A program made the position numbers and the translations under genes. Below the pieces are notes generated by a model that searched no databases, was not told the origin of the DNA, and was given only the letters and a program-made list of their open reading frames with translations. DNA of 64,000 nt from assembly GCA_036337435.1 (NCBI GenBank), contig JAYZEG010000041.1:102711-166710 (forward strand), written 5' to 3'. Every line of letters begins with the position of its first letter. Positions within the stretch are counted from its first letter, which is position 1. Source of the stretch: Myxococcota bacterium. Its GTDB lineage: Bacteria > Myxococcota_A > Bradymonadia > UBA7976 > UBA1532. Of the stretch, positions 18,282-27,943 are shown piece after piece.

Positions 18282-19748
18282 GTGGTTAATCGCCTGCAAG
18301 GTTATCATCCGTCTGCTCTCGTAAAGATTTTTGGAATCCTCATAGGCCTTGTGGTCGGTTCTGGATGCGGGGGCTTGGCCCCGCGCACAAAAGCCAAGAA
18401 GCCGACACCCGTTGCGGTGCCTTTACAGCCCCCCATCGCATTAGAGCCTGATGCATTTGATAAACCAAGAAGACAAGCCGGCTCGATTCTCATCTTCAAT
18501 GCGACGATTTTAACGGCGGACGATGACAGGCCTCGGATTGAACGTGGCTGGATCAGACTCAAGAATGGTGTAATCGAGTCACTCGGTCCAAGTCCTGCAC
18601 CAGCCCAAGCGGATGGCGAACAGCGATTTGATGCAAAACACGGGTTTTTGACGCCAGGCCTCGTGGATACACACAGTCACCTGGGTGTTTATCCATCACC
18701 CCATGTATGGGCACATTCGGACGGCAACGAAATGACCAATCCGATCACATCAGGAATTCGAGCCGAAGAAGCGTTTTGGCCCCAGGACCCTGGCATTGAA
18801 CGCGCCGTTGCCGGTGGTGTAACAACCATTCAAATTCTACCTGGTTCAGGGAACTTGATGGGCGGGCGGGGCGCTGTCCTGAAGCTCCATCCCAGCAGGG
18901 AATCCCGTGCAATGAAGTTTCCGGATGCTGCTGACGCTCTTAAAATGGCGTGCGGCGAAAATCCAAAACGAGTGTATGGAAAAGGTCGGCGCGCCATGCC
19001 CATGAGTCGTATGGGCAGCCTCTTTCTAATGCGTAAAACGTGGATTGCTGCCCGGCGATATAAGCTCGCTTGGGACAATTGGCGTGAGAATCGTGAAAAA
19101 ATGGTCTCGGGAATTTTGATGCCTGTCACGCCGCCTAAGCGCGATTTAAATCTCGAAACCTTAGCTCTGGTACTCGATGGCAAAATTAACGTGCATGTTC
19201 ATTGTTATCGAGCTGACGAAATGTTGCTACAGCTGAAGTTAGCCAAGGAGTTTGGTTATAAGATTAAGTCTTTTCATCATGCCGTCGAGGCCTACAAGAT
19301 TCGAGATGTTCTTGCGAAAGAAGGCGTGTCCGTTAGCACGTGGGCAGATTGGTGGGGTTTTAAAATTGAAGCCTATGATGCCATCGAGCAAAACCTCGCA
19401 CTTTTAACCGAGAGTGGTGTCATTGCCATCCTACACACCGATAGCGAAGAAGGCATTCAACGAATGAATCAAGAAGCGGCCAAGGCGTACTGGGCCGGAG
19501 TTCATTCGGGGGTCAAGCTCTCCAAACATGATGCGCTGAAATGGATCACCTATAATCCAGCAATCGCTCTCGGTATCGCTGATAAAGTCGGCAGTTTAAG
19601 CGTTGGAAAACACGGTGATGTTGTCCTATGGGACCGCCACCCTTTTAGCGTATATTCAAAGCCCCAATTAGTTTTAATCGATGGACAAATTCGATTCAGT
19701 TCGATGCAGAAAACGCCCCCATGGAGTGATTTCGAGGTGGGTCAATGA
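18282..19748 (+). CDS. Amidohydrolase family lipoprotein (metal-dependent, imidazolonepropionase-like)
   Basis: Lipobox VVGSGC; PGLVDTHSHLG, GGVTT.Q.LPGS, KMACGENPKRVY, VHCY, FHHAVE, HTDS. Confidence 0.92.
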   Translation: MVNRLQGYHPSALVKIFGILIGLVVGSGCGGLAPRTKAKKPTPVAVPLQPPIALEPDAFDKPRRQAGSILIFNATILTADDDRPRIERGWIRLKNGVIESLGPSPAPAQADGEQRFDAKHGFLTPGLVDTHSHLGVYPSPHVWAHSDGNEMTNPITSGIRAEEAFWPQDPGIERAVAGGVTTIQILPGSGNLMGGRGAVLKLHPSRESRAMKFPDAADALKMACGENPKRVYGKGRRAMPMSRMGSLFLMRKTWIAARRYKLAWDNWRENREKMVSGILMPVTPPKRDLNLETLALVLDGKINVHVHCYRADEMLLQLKLAKEFGYKIKSFHHAVEAYKIRDVLAKEGVSVSTWADWWGFKIEAYDAIEQNLALLTESGVIAILHTDSEEGIQRMNQEAAKAYWAGVHSGVKLSKHDALKWITYNPAIALGIADKVGSLSVGKHGDVVLWDRHPFSVYSKPQLVLIDGQIRFSSMQKTPPWSDFEVGQ

Positions 19749-20956
19749 CTTTATTGATGGCTCTGACAGTTGCTCTCGTCGGTGGAGAGATTCATACAAT
19801 GACTGGGTCGCCGATTGCCCGAGGCACAATCTTAATCGACAACGGCAAAGTGTCCGCTGTTGGCACCGATATTGACATTCCAGAAAACGCACATGTGATT
19901 CAGTTGGCTGGCTCAATTGTCACACCAGGTCTCATCGATGCCTGGACCCAGCTTGGCTTGGTGGAAATTTCAGGTGTCGATGCGAGTAATGATACTCGTT
20001 CGGGTCTCGGAGACGTGACTGCATTTCACCGTGTCATCGATAGCTACAATGCCGACAGTTCTCTTATACCGATTCAGAGGATACACGGAGTGACAACTGT
20101 CTTAGTCGTTCCTTCGGGTGGCCTCGTGTCTGGTGCCGCGGCCGTTTTCGACTTAAGTGGCCCTGCACCGGTTGTCCCGAATGCAGGATTGGTTGCTCGA
20201 CTCGGCGGGCAAAGTAACGGGTCACGCGGCAGCCGATTCTGGCGTTTGCGAGCCCTGTTTGATGAGGCCATTGTCTATGGAAAAAACAAGAAGTCGTTTG
20301 AGCGGAATCAATATCGAGATTTGTTCGCGAGTCGGTTGAACCTTGAGGCTGTTCTTCCTGTTGCGAATGGCAGACAACGGTTGTTTGTTCGCGTCGATCG
20401 AAGGGCAGACATCAGAGCCTTGTTGGATTGGGCGGTGCAGCACAAGATCAAGCTGGTGTTGGTCGGGGCGCGTGAAGCCTGGTTAGAGGCGAAGCGCATT
20501 GCGAAAGCTGGTGCGAGTGTGATTCTCGACCCAACGGCAAACGCGCCTTCTAATTTCGACAGTATTCGGTCTCGAGCCGATGCTGCGACGATTTTATTGG
20601 ATGCGGGCGTTCCGGTCGCGATCAGTACATTTTCGACCCACAATGTGCGCAAGCTCAGACAGTGGGCTGGCAACGCCGTCCGGACAGGTTTGAGTCGTCG
20701 ACAAGCTCTTGAAGCCATTACGCGCCGTCCTGGAGAAATCCTTGGGCTTGACGGTCATGGTTTGATCCGTGAGGGCTCTGTGGCGAATCTTGTCATCTGG
20801 TCGGGCGATCCCCTGGAATTCGCGTCTGCCGTGAAAGAAGTTTACATTCGGGGCGAGCGACAAACGAAATCTCATCGCCAGCGAGTCCTATTCGACCGAT
20901 ACCGCAAGCTCCACAGGTCATCTCCGACGAAAGGCTCCGGAGACGTCCAGCCTTGA
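19745..20956 (+). CDS. Amidohydrolase family protein (metal ligands degenerate)
   Basis: PGLIDAWTQLG, HGVTT, ANLVIWSGDPLE; ATGA overlap with the upstream amidohydrolase. Confidence 0.88.
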   Translation: MTLLMALTVALVGGEIHTMTGSPIARGTILIDNGKVSAVGTDIDIPENAHVIQLAGSIVTPGLIDAWTQLGLVEISGVDASNDTRSGLGDVTAFHRVIDSYNADSSLIPIQRIHGVTTVLVVPSGGLVSGAAAVFDLSGPAPVVPNAGLVARLGGQSNGSRGSRFWRLRALFDEAIVYGKNKKSFERNQYRDLFASRLNLEAVLPVANGRQRLFVRVDRRADIRALLDWAVQHKIKLVLVGAREAWLEAKRIAKAGASVILDPTANAPSNFDSIRSRADAATILLDAGVPVAISTFSTHNVRKLRQWAGNAVRTGLSRRQALEAITRRPGEILGLDGHGLIREGSVANLVIWSGDPLEFASAVKEVYIRGERQTKSHRQRVLFDRYRKLHRSSPTKGSGDVQP

Positions 20957-21083
20957 TGCACCGCGTTTCAGCCTAAAATCGTCGCTTTTAGCCATTTTTT
21001 CTGTTATAAGACCAGCAACCTAAGGACCGCCTTGGACGCGACTGAGGCGGTGGTTCTGATTTCGAATGAAGGAGGCGGCAAAG

Positions 21084-22217
21084 ATGAGCGGAGATTTTGT
21101 GCCAGGACTCGCTGGAGTCGTAGCAGCTAAATCGGCGATCGGTTGGATCAACGGACTAGAAGGAATTCTGCGATATCGTGGAATCAGAATCGAAGAGCTG
21201 GCGCAACACAGCAGCTTCGAAGAGGTCAGTTACCTCCTTCTGATGGGCCGTTTACCCACAAAAGACGACCTGTCCGCTTTTGATGCCCAACTCAAAGAAT
21301 ACCGAGCGGTTCCGGACGGCGTTTTGGCTATCCTCGGAAACTTGCCGAAAGACGGTCATCCGATGGTCGCGCTCCAGACTGCGGTTGCGGCCCTCGGTAC
21401 ATTTCACCAGCAGATGGATGTCACTGACCGAGACGGTAATCAGGCAGCTGCATTGAGATTGATTGCGTCGATGCCCACGATCGTGGCTGCGTTTGACCGC
21501 ATTCGAAAGGGCCAGGCGGTTATTGCGCCTGATTCAGAGCTCAATCATGCAGCGAACTTTCTGTATATGCTGACGGGTGAGCGCCCAGATCAGAAAGTCA
21601 CGCGACTGATCGATGTATGTCTTGTTCTACATGCTGAGCACGGCTTTAACGCAAGCACATTCACTGGTCGTGTTGTCGGGTCGACGATGGCGAATCCATA
21701 CTCGACAATCGCCGGTGCCATCGGGTCATTGTCTGGTCCCCTTCACGGTGGTGCCAACGAACGTGTCCTGCACATGCTGCGTGAGGTTGGTAGTGCGGAT
21801 GCTGTTGCATCATTTCTCGAGACCATGATCAGCACAAAGCAAAAGATCATGGGGCTTGGGCATCGCGTTTACCGGGTTAAAGATCCGCGCGCGAACGTCT
21901 TACAAACGATGGCTGCGGACCTGTTTAGTAGCCATGGCTCGACCCCATTGTACGACATCGCCCATACCTTAGAGACCGAAGCTGCCAAGCGTCTGGGTGC
22001 CAAAGGCATTTATCCGAATGTCGATTTCTACAGCGGTCTCGTCTACGAGAAACTCGGAATCGAAGTTGACTTGTACACCCCCTTATTTGCGATATCACGT
22101 GTCGCGGGTTGGTCAGCCCATTGGCTCGAACAACTCGAAGACAATCGAATATATCGGCCGACGCAACACTATGTTGGGTCTACAGATTCGTCATACGTTG
22201 ATATTGCGCAACGTTAG
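21084..22217 (+). CDS. gltA: Citrate synthase (small dimeric type; methylcitrate synthase not excluded)
   Basis: GILRYRG, LHAEHGFNASTF, LSGPLHGGANE, MGLGHRVY, YPNVDFYSG, RIYRP; GGAGG RBS before ATG 21084. Confidence 0.95.
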   Translation: MSGDFVPGLAGVVAAKSAIGWINGLEGILRYRGIRIEELAQHSSFEEVSYLLLMGRLPTKDDLSAFDAQLKEYRAVPDGVLAILGNLPKDGHPMVALQTAVAALGTFHQQMDVTDRDGNQAAALRLIASMPTIVAAFDRIRKGQAVIAPDSELNHAANFLYMLTGERPDQKVTRLIDVCLVLHAEHGFNASTFTGRVVGSTMANPYSTIAGAIGSLSGPLHGGANERVLHMLREVGSADAVASFLETMISTKQKIMGLGHRVYRVKDPRANVLQTMAADLFSSHGSTPLYDIAHTLETEAAKRLGAKGIYPNVDFYSGLVYEKLGIEVDLYTPLFAISRVAGWSAHWLEQLEDNRIYRPTQHYVGSTDSSYVDIAQR

Positions 22218-22231
22218 AAACGAGAGCTGCG

Positions 22232-22963
22232 GTGGACCGCTACGAATTCTTCTCGGGATTACCTCGGACTGAACCAGGTGGAACCATCTTCACGTCGGCT
22301 TATTTGAGCTTTGTTCAATTACAGCGCTCGGACCGGATACTCGACCTCCGAACAGGGACAGGCGAACGGGCTGTTTGGATTTGTCGGTCCAGAGTCGGAG
22401 AAGTGGTCGCTGTAGACCAAGACCCCCGCTTTTGCCGGCTTGCTCAATCCCGTGCCATGGATGGTGGAACAGGGGGTCGGATGCAAGCAGTCTGCGCCCG
22501 TTATAACGCTTTGCCATTTGTCGATGAGAGCTTCGCGTTGGTGATCGCTGAATGGGCACCCATCACGATGGGCTTGAAAGCCTCATTACAGCTGTGGAGG
22601 CGCTTGATTCCTATCGGTGGTTTACTCGCTATTTCGTACCCAGGCGTTGTCAACCGCGACGCGCCTACAGAAGTTCGAGGTCCGATTGAATTGCGCATGG
22701 CGGAGCCGATGGCGACATTGAATGATTACCAGTCAACGGCGCGTTCCCTCGGTTATGAAATGGTGCATCAAGCGACTTTGGCCCATCACCTCTGGCAAAA
22801 CTTCTACGCGGATACGACCCGTCGCGCTTGGGCTCTCGCTGGTCGAGATGAGGCCAACGTGACCGGTGCGATTCGCTCAATTCTCGATGAGGCGAATTGG
22901 TACCGTAATATTGGACGTGGCCGAGTGTTCTTACAGAGTATGTTACTCCGCAGAACGCGTTAG
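22232..22963 (+). CDS. Class I SAM-dependent methyltransferase
   Basis: LPRTEPGG, ILDLRTGTG (motif I variant), VVAVD, LPFVDESFALV, WRRLIPIGG. Confidence 0.85.
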   Translation: MDRYEFFSGLPRTEPGGTIFTSAYLSFVQLQRSDRILDLRTGTGERAVWICRSRVGEVVAVDQDPRFCRLAQSRAMDGGTGGRMQAVCARYNALPFVDESFALVIAEWAPITMGLKASLQLWRRLIPIGGLLAISYPGVVNRDAPTEVRGPIELRMAEPMATLNDYQSTARSLGYEMVHQATLAHHLWQNFYADTTRRAWALAGRDEANVTGAIRSILDEANWYRNIGRGRVFLQSMLLRRTR

Positions 22964-22990
22964 GCAACGAACGAACAAGGAATAGACACT

Positions 22991-25633
22991 ATGCGGAAGA
23001 TTGACCTTGGACTAAGCATTTTATTACTGGTGTTCTGTGCAGCGACCGGCTGCGATGATGGCTCAAATAATGAGAGCACGAATATCGTTACAGCGGATGG
23101 CGGTCGACAGATTGCTGATGCCTCGCTCGACCAATCGATGACGCCCACCGATGCAGCAGTGCTGAGGGATGCTGGTCCGATAGCTGATGGCTCGAATCCA
23201 GCTGATAGCAGTCTATTGCCGCTCAGGGACTGCGAAGAAATCTGTGATTTCTATGTTGAGTGTGACCGTCTGGACCTGTGGATGGGTCGACAGCGAAGTG
23301 CCTGCGTTTCTGCCTGCGAACAGGTCGACGATTTGCCGGCCTTTTCGGGCTATCGAGCGTGTCTTCAGACAACATCATGTGAAGGATTACAAGATTGTCG
23401 ATTGCCTGTAAGGCCTCGACCCACCTGTAACCAGGTTTGTGAAACTCTAGATTCATGTGGTGCCACGACTCGTTTACCGGCTGCGATACCGGGTGTTGAA
23501 GATTGTTCGTCCGGTTGTGGAACGCCATCAATATCTGCTGACATCCGCCGTTGTGGAGAGGCGGTTGTTGCTGACCCTGAGACCTGTGATGAGCAAGAGT
23601 TCGCTTTGTGCATGCTGCGTGAGCAAGCTGCAACCTGTGTGCAGGTTTGCGAACGAAAAGAAGACTGTGGTTTGGTCGATGAGGTCATAGACTGTGCAAT
23701 TTCCTGCTTGAATCGTGATGTGCCAATGGATCCCTTGGCTCTTAGACGGATTCGTATCGAAGAGAACTGTGCTGAACAGTCTAATACTTGCGACGATTTT
23801 CTCAGTTGCCAGCGAATTGAAATTGATGGCGTAAATCCAGACGATGTTGCTCGAATTTGCGCTGCGGATGAAGCCTGTGCATTTTTTGGAGACCAGTGTG
23901 TTGAATCCGCAACAGATTTACTCACGTTGACCGACAACAACACCCTCGATTGCGCCGTCGACCGTCTTGAAAATCAGTGCGATGTCGGATTGTTATCATG
24001 TCTGAGGCCGGCCTTTCCGCCCGTTGGCATGTGCGATGAATTCTGCGCTGTATCCGCAATTTGTGGAACGCTTCCTCAGGGCCAGCTTGAACTGGAATGT
24101 GTGGCGGATTGCCGTGGGATAATTGAGTCAGAGGATCGCATTCGGTTGGCTGAGATTTGGCGCGGACTGGGCTGTGCCTATGCAAACAGTTGTGCTGAGT
24201 TTGTTGACTGTACAGAGCAGGACTTAGGCGTTCTCGATTGCGAAGGTCTCTGCCAGCGGCGAGCCGAATGTACCCCAGAACAAGACGATGGATGTGTGGA
24301 TGCGTGCCAAGCACGTCAGTCGACCCTCAGAAATTGGGCAGAGCGGCTCTGTACACAGGCCGCTGCGACGTGTGACGGTGTCGGGCTTTGTGTGGCCGAT
24401 AACCCGCCTCCATGTGACCGGCTGTGTACGCTCTACGAGGCGTGTGGCCAGGATGCGAGCGACTGCCAAACAGCATGTGATGATAGGGATTATCTCGGCG
24501 AAGACACATTCGTCGAGGAATATGCTTGCGCCGCAGCAGGGCAGGGCTGCGATAGCCGATTGCAATGTCGCGGTGGAGACAGGCAGGCTGGGCTCCCATG
24601 CCTTAACTGGTGCCAGTTTCAAACACAGTGCAGTCAGGGCGACGTGGATATCCTAGATTGTCTAGACTCCTGTTCAGCTGGCCTTCCGGGTGAGCAAGGC
24701 CTCATTTTTGAGGCGGCAAACCAATGCCTTGTCGACCTGGGACCAGGACCCGCTTGTGACGATTTGAATGACTGCTTCGATGCCGTATCGGCAGATGAGT
24801 TGTGCGTTCAGTCGTGTAGCGAACAAGCCCGCTGTGGTCTCATCGATGACCCAGCCCAATGCGTCCAGCCATGCATAGATCGGTTCGATGCCAACGATGT
24901 CGATGAACTCAGCTGCATTTTGCGAACCCAACGGTTGAACGTTGGCTGCGGTGCTGTCGCCGAATGCACGGGCATTGAGGTAGACCCTGCCAGTGCAGAT
25001 TGTTCAGCACTATGCCAGGCACAATCGACATGTGTTGCCGACTTTGACGTCTTTTTATGTGAACGAGGCTGTACGCCAGCCGGTGATGACTTGGTCATCC
25101 GACGCAGGTGCGCCGAGCTGGCAGATTGTGAGACGTTGAATCTCTGCTTGCCCGATGAGATCCCAATCCCCGACGTGTGCAGTGATGCATGCGCGTCCGC
25201 TGATACATGCGACGGTTTAATTGGAGAGGCAGCGGATGCACTGTATACAACGCGCGCTGAGTGCGAGGTTGATTGCACGGCCCGAGGGCTTCTCTCTGCT
25301 GGAGAATCGGTCATGAATCTGCCTGACTGTGTCGCAGAAGCCATGTGTGACCCTGACGCTTTCTCTGGATGTATTGCTGGTCGACAACCCATTGATTGTG
25401 GAGCGGGATGGGATGCAGTCGTTGCGTGTAATAACCAGCTCTTTCTGCAACTTTTCGGTATGATTAACGGCCGGGCCGATTATATCACTGTGTGTGAAGA
25501 GCAGTATGGTTTGAACCCCGCGCAGGTCGAAGCGGACCTGGCCTGCTTAACGGAGATCGCCATGAGGGCCAATGGTGATCCAAATATTTGTCTTGAACAG
25601 GTCCAATGCCTTCTGGGTGGTTTGGGACCGTGA
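22991..25633 (+). CDS. Large Cys-rich lipoprotein with helical CxxxC repeats
   Basis: Lipobox AATGC; D/A-rich linker; repeated C-x3-C-x5-C ... C-x3-C ... C-x5-C units throughout. Confidence 0.8.
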   Translation: MRKIDLGLSILLLVFCAATGCDDGSNNESTNIVTADGGRQIADASLDQSMTPTDAAVLRDAGPIADGSNPADSSLLPLRDCEEICDFYVECDRLDLWMGRQRSACVSACEQVDDLPAFSGYRACLQTTSCEGLQDCRLPVRPRPTCNQVCETLDSCGATTRLPAAIPGVEDCSSGCGTPSISADIRRCGEAVVADPETCDEQEFALCMLREQAATCVQVCERKEDCGLVDEVIDCAISCLNRDVPMDPLALRRIRIEENCAEQSNTCDDFLSCQRIEIDGVNPDDVARICAADEACAFFGDQCVESATDLLTLTDNNTLDCAVDRLENQCDVGLLSCLRPAFPPVGMCDEFCAVSAICGTLPQGQLELECVADCRGIIESEDRIRLAEIWRGLGCAYANSCAEFVDCTEQDLGVLDCEGLCQRRAECTPEQDDGCVDACQARQSTLRNWAERLCTQAAATCDGVGLCVADNPPPCDRLCTLYEACGQDASDCQTACDDRDYLGEDTFVEEYACAAAGQGCDSRLQCRGGDRQAGLPCLNWCQFQTQCSQGDVDILDCLDSCSAGLPGEQGLIFEAANQCLVDLGPGPACDDLNDCFDAVSADELCVQSCSEQARCGLIDDPAQCVQPCIDRFDANDVDELSCILRTQRLNVGCGAVAECTGIEVDPASADCSALCQAQSTCVADFDVFLCERGCTPAGDDLVIRRRCAELADCETLNLCLPDEIPIPDVCSDACASADTCDGLIGEAADALYTTRAECEVDCTARGLLSAGESVMNLPDCVAEAMCDPDAFSGCIAGRQPIDCGAGWDAVVACNNQLFLQLFGMINGRADYITVCEEQYGLNPAQVEADLACLTEIAMRANGDPNICLEQVQCLLGGLGP

Positions 25634-26442
25634 ATCTTGCCTGGCTCCTTCTCGCCATACCTGTTTGGGGTTTAGAGCCGGCCATAACTCTAACGGAGCT
25701 ACCCCAGCGGTTATCGGTTTTTGGTCGGCTTGATGGTGAGAAATGGACGCGGCAGGTCACTGACGCGACGGAAATTTTAGCCTTCGAATGTGCACCCGAC
25801 GCAGGCTGTAACAGCCATCCCTCGTCCGCAGTCTTTTACTTTCATCGGAGCAAGTTCGTCTCAGGGACGATGCAGTTTTCTCGGGAGAAGGGTCCTCAAG
25901 GCAAACACCTGACCCACTACGTCAACAGGCACGTCTCGCGTTTTGGTAAGCCTATCGCCGTGGGTCAAACCGTTGGGCGCTACACGCGTTACTATGCTCA
26001 CTCCGGCATGACGATTGCCTGGGTTCAGGATGGTGATGAAGCGCAGGTTAAGATTTACGTCGACCGGCTCAATCCGGTAGGCCGCGCAGAAGCTGTAGCC
26101 CTCGGGGCGCAGCTCAATTTGGAAGACTATCCGGGGGCCGGTGCTTACCGAATGGGCTATCAGGCTTTATTAAAGGAGGACTGGTCGTCTGCCGTTCCGT
26201 CTTTTAAGGCGGCGAGCGAAAACCAGAAGGCCCATCCTATTTTTAGAGAACAGGTTCAATTTATACTTGCAATGTCCATTGCAACCTCGCTCAAAGCCGA
26301 GTTTAGGCAACAGTCGAAAAAGACACCCGCTTGGCTTAGAGCAGCTGCGAAAAAAATTGATTATGCAAAGACCCTGGCACCAGAACTCACGTCTCAGTTA
26401 AACCAATTACTTGAAACATTTAGAGTGGAAACGACTAAGTGA
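25630..26442 (+). CDS. Hypothetical secreted protein with TPR-like C-terminus
   Basis: GTGA overlap with the upstream gene; short signal-like start; AYRMGYQALLKEDWSSAVPSFKAA helix pair. Confidence 0.6.
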   Translation: MNLAWLLLAIPVWGLEPAITLTELPQRLSVFGRLDGEKWTRQVTDATEILAFECAPDAGCNSHPSSAVFYFHRSKFVSGTMQFSREKGPQGKHLTHYVNRHVSRFGKPIAVGQTVGRYTRYYAHSGMTIAWVQDGDEAQVKIYVDRLNPVGRAEAVALGAQLNLEDYPGAGAYRMGYQALLKEDWSSAVPSFKAASENQKAHPIFREQVQFILAMSIATSLKAEFRQQSKKTPAWLRAAAKKIDYAKTLAPELTSQLNQLLETFRVETTK

Positions 26443-27883
26443 TGAGCAATTCCAGAAGAAGGTTGGCCCCAAAGCCAGTGCCTCGTTCGCCGTCCATAGC
26501 CGGTCCTGCTAAGTCAACATGCATCCAGGGGCCGACGTAATCAACCATGTGATTTGCGACGAATTGAGCCGCGCAAGATGATTGCGCATTGCTGCGATCT
26601 TTGACGGAATTTTTCATGTCAGCAACTTGGCTTTTGAACTCTTTCCGATAAAACTCAGGACAATAGGGGAGCGGATGTACCAGGTCTCCGGTCAAGATCC
26701 CGGCTGCGACGGCCCTGGTTTCTAGCTCGGTATCATTGCATACGATCGCTGCGTGCCGTTGGCCTGTTGCAACCATCTGGGCGCCGGTTAATGTAGCCAG
26801 ATCGATGATGACATCTGGCGAATAATGTCGAGTCAGATAGGCGATGCCATCAGCCAGTACCAATCGGCCTTCTGCATCCGTATTGTTGACCTCGACAGTC
26901 AGGCCTGAATACATGCTGAGGATGTCGTCTGGGCGAGTTGCATCCGGGCCAACGGAATTTTCCGCTAGGCAGAGGATCGCAATAATTCGCTGCTTGGAGC
27001 CGAGCTTTACAGCTGCTCTAAAGGCTGCCAAAACGGTCGCCGCTCCTCCCATGTCCATTTTCATCCCAGGCATGCCTGTCTTCGACTTGATGCTCAGGCC
27101 TCCGGTGTCATAGACAATCCCCTTACCGATCCAGCCCACCGTTTCCTCGAAACCGTCCGGTGCATAGTCCAAAACCACCAAAGCGGGTGGATGGGTCGCT
27201 GCTTTACCAACGCCCCACAAGCCCCCTAAGCCTGCATGGGCCAGAGAGTCACCTTCCAGGACTGAGATTTCAGTGCTCAAGGTTGCAGCAGTTTCTCGAG
27301 CCAGTTCTACAAAAGCCATAGTATGGAGTTCCGATGCTGGTGTATCAACCAGCCGAGCCCCGAATCGAGTGGCCTCTAAGTGCACTTGGATTCTGTCGAG
27401 GTCGAGGGGCTTTTCATCATCGGCGATCAGCGCAACATTGATCCGCCTTTGTTTACTCGGCACCGAGGTCTTTCGACTATAGGCCGGTAATGCTTTAGCA
27501 ACCGCAGACGCGGCGGCAACCCCATGATTCGCTTCTTCGATAACGAGAAAAACGGTCGTCGAGCCTTCGCCTGGAATTAAGCCTCGAAGGAGCTGCGTAA
27601 TACTGTGTGGTCGAGCCGGTGAGTTGTGTCTTGAACAGGCGTCGGGAAGGACACCAACCGACACTTTTTTCGGGCTATCAGATGTCCGCCAGGTCTCCGT
27701 TGACTTACCCGCATCACCGGGTGAACAGGCATCCACCATGGTCTCCCATATCTCCCGGACGTCCTTTGGAAGGACTTGAAAGACCGAATCGGAAAGCAAG
27801 TGATCGCGCCGACCGACGAAAACATAAGTATCAGAGCCCTTGACGGCGGCTGATAATTCTAGGATTTGAATATCTGTCTGCAT
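26435..27883 (-). CDS. M17 leucyl aminopeptidase, NPEPL1-like subtype
   Basis: GKGIVYDTGG, MKMDMGGAA, NNTDAEGRLVLADG, ATLTGAQ; N-terminal SRHNSP motif and ADMKNSV. Confidence 0.95.
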   Translation of the reverse strand: MQTDIQILELSAAVKGSDTYVFVGRRDHLLSDSVFQVLPKDVREIWETMVDACSPGDAGKSTETWRTSDSPKKVSVGVLPDACSRHNSPARPHSITQLLRGLIPGEGSTTVFLVIEEANHGVAAASAVAKALPAYSRKTSVPSKQRRINVALIADDEKPLDLDRIQVHLEATRFGARLVDTPASELHTMAFVELARETAATLSTEISVLEGDSLAHAGLGGLWGVGKAATHPPALVVLDYAPDGFEETVGWIGKGIVYDTGGLSIKSKTGMPGMKMDMGGAATVLAAFRAAVKLGSKQRIIAILCLAENSVGPDATRPDDILSMYSGLTVEVNNTDAEGRLVLADGIAYLTRHYSPDVIIDLATLTGAQMVATGQRHAAIVCNDTELETRAVAAGILTGDLVHPLPYCPEFYRKEFKSQVADMKNSVKDRSNAQSSCAAQFVANHMVDYVGPWMHVDLAGPAMDGERGTGFGANLLLELLIT

Positions 27884-27943
27884 TAAACGACCCTAACTAG
27901 CTCGGAGAGAGTCTGCAAGAAGTCGATGATTAAAGGAACGGCA

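Noticed and set aside
21026..21051. ACCGCCT/AGGCGGT hairpin in the gltA leader as a riboswitch
   Set aside because: A single short stem with no recognisable aptamer consensus.
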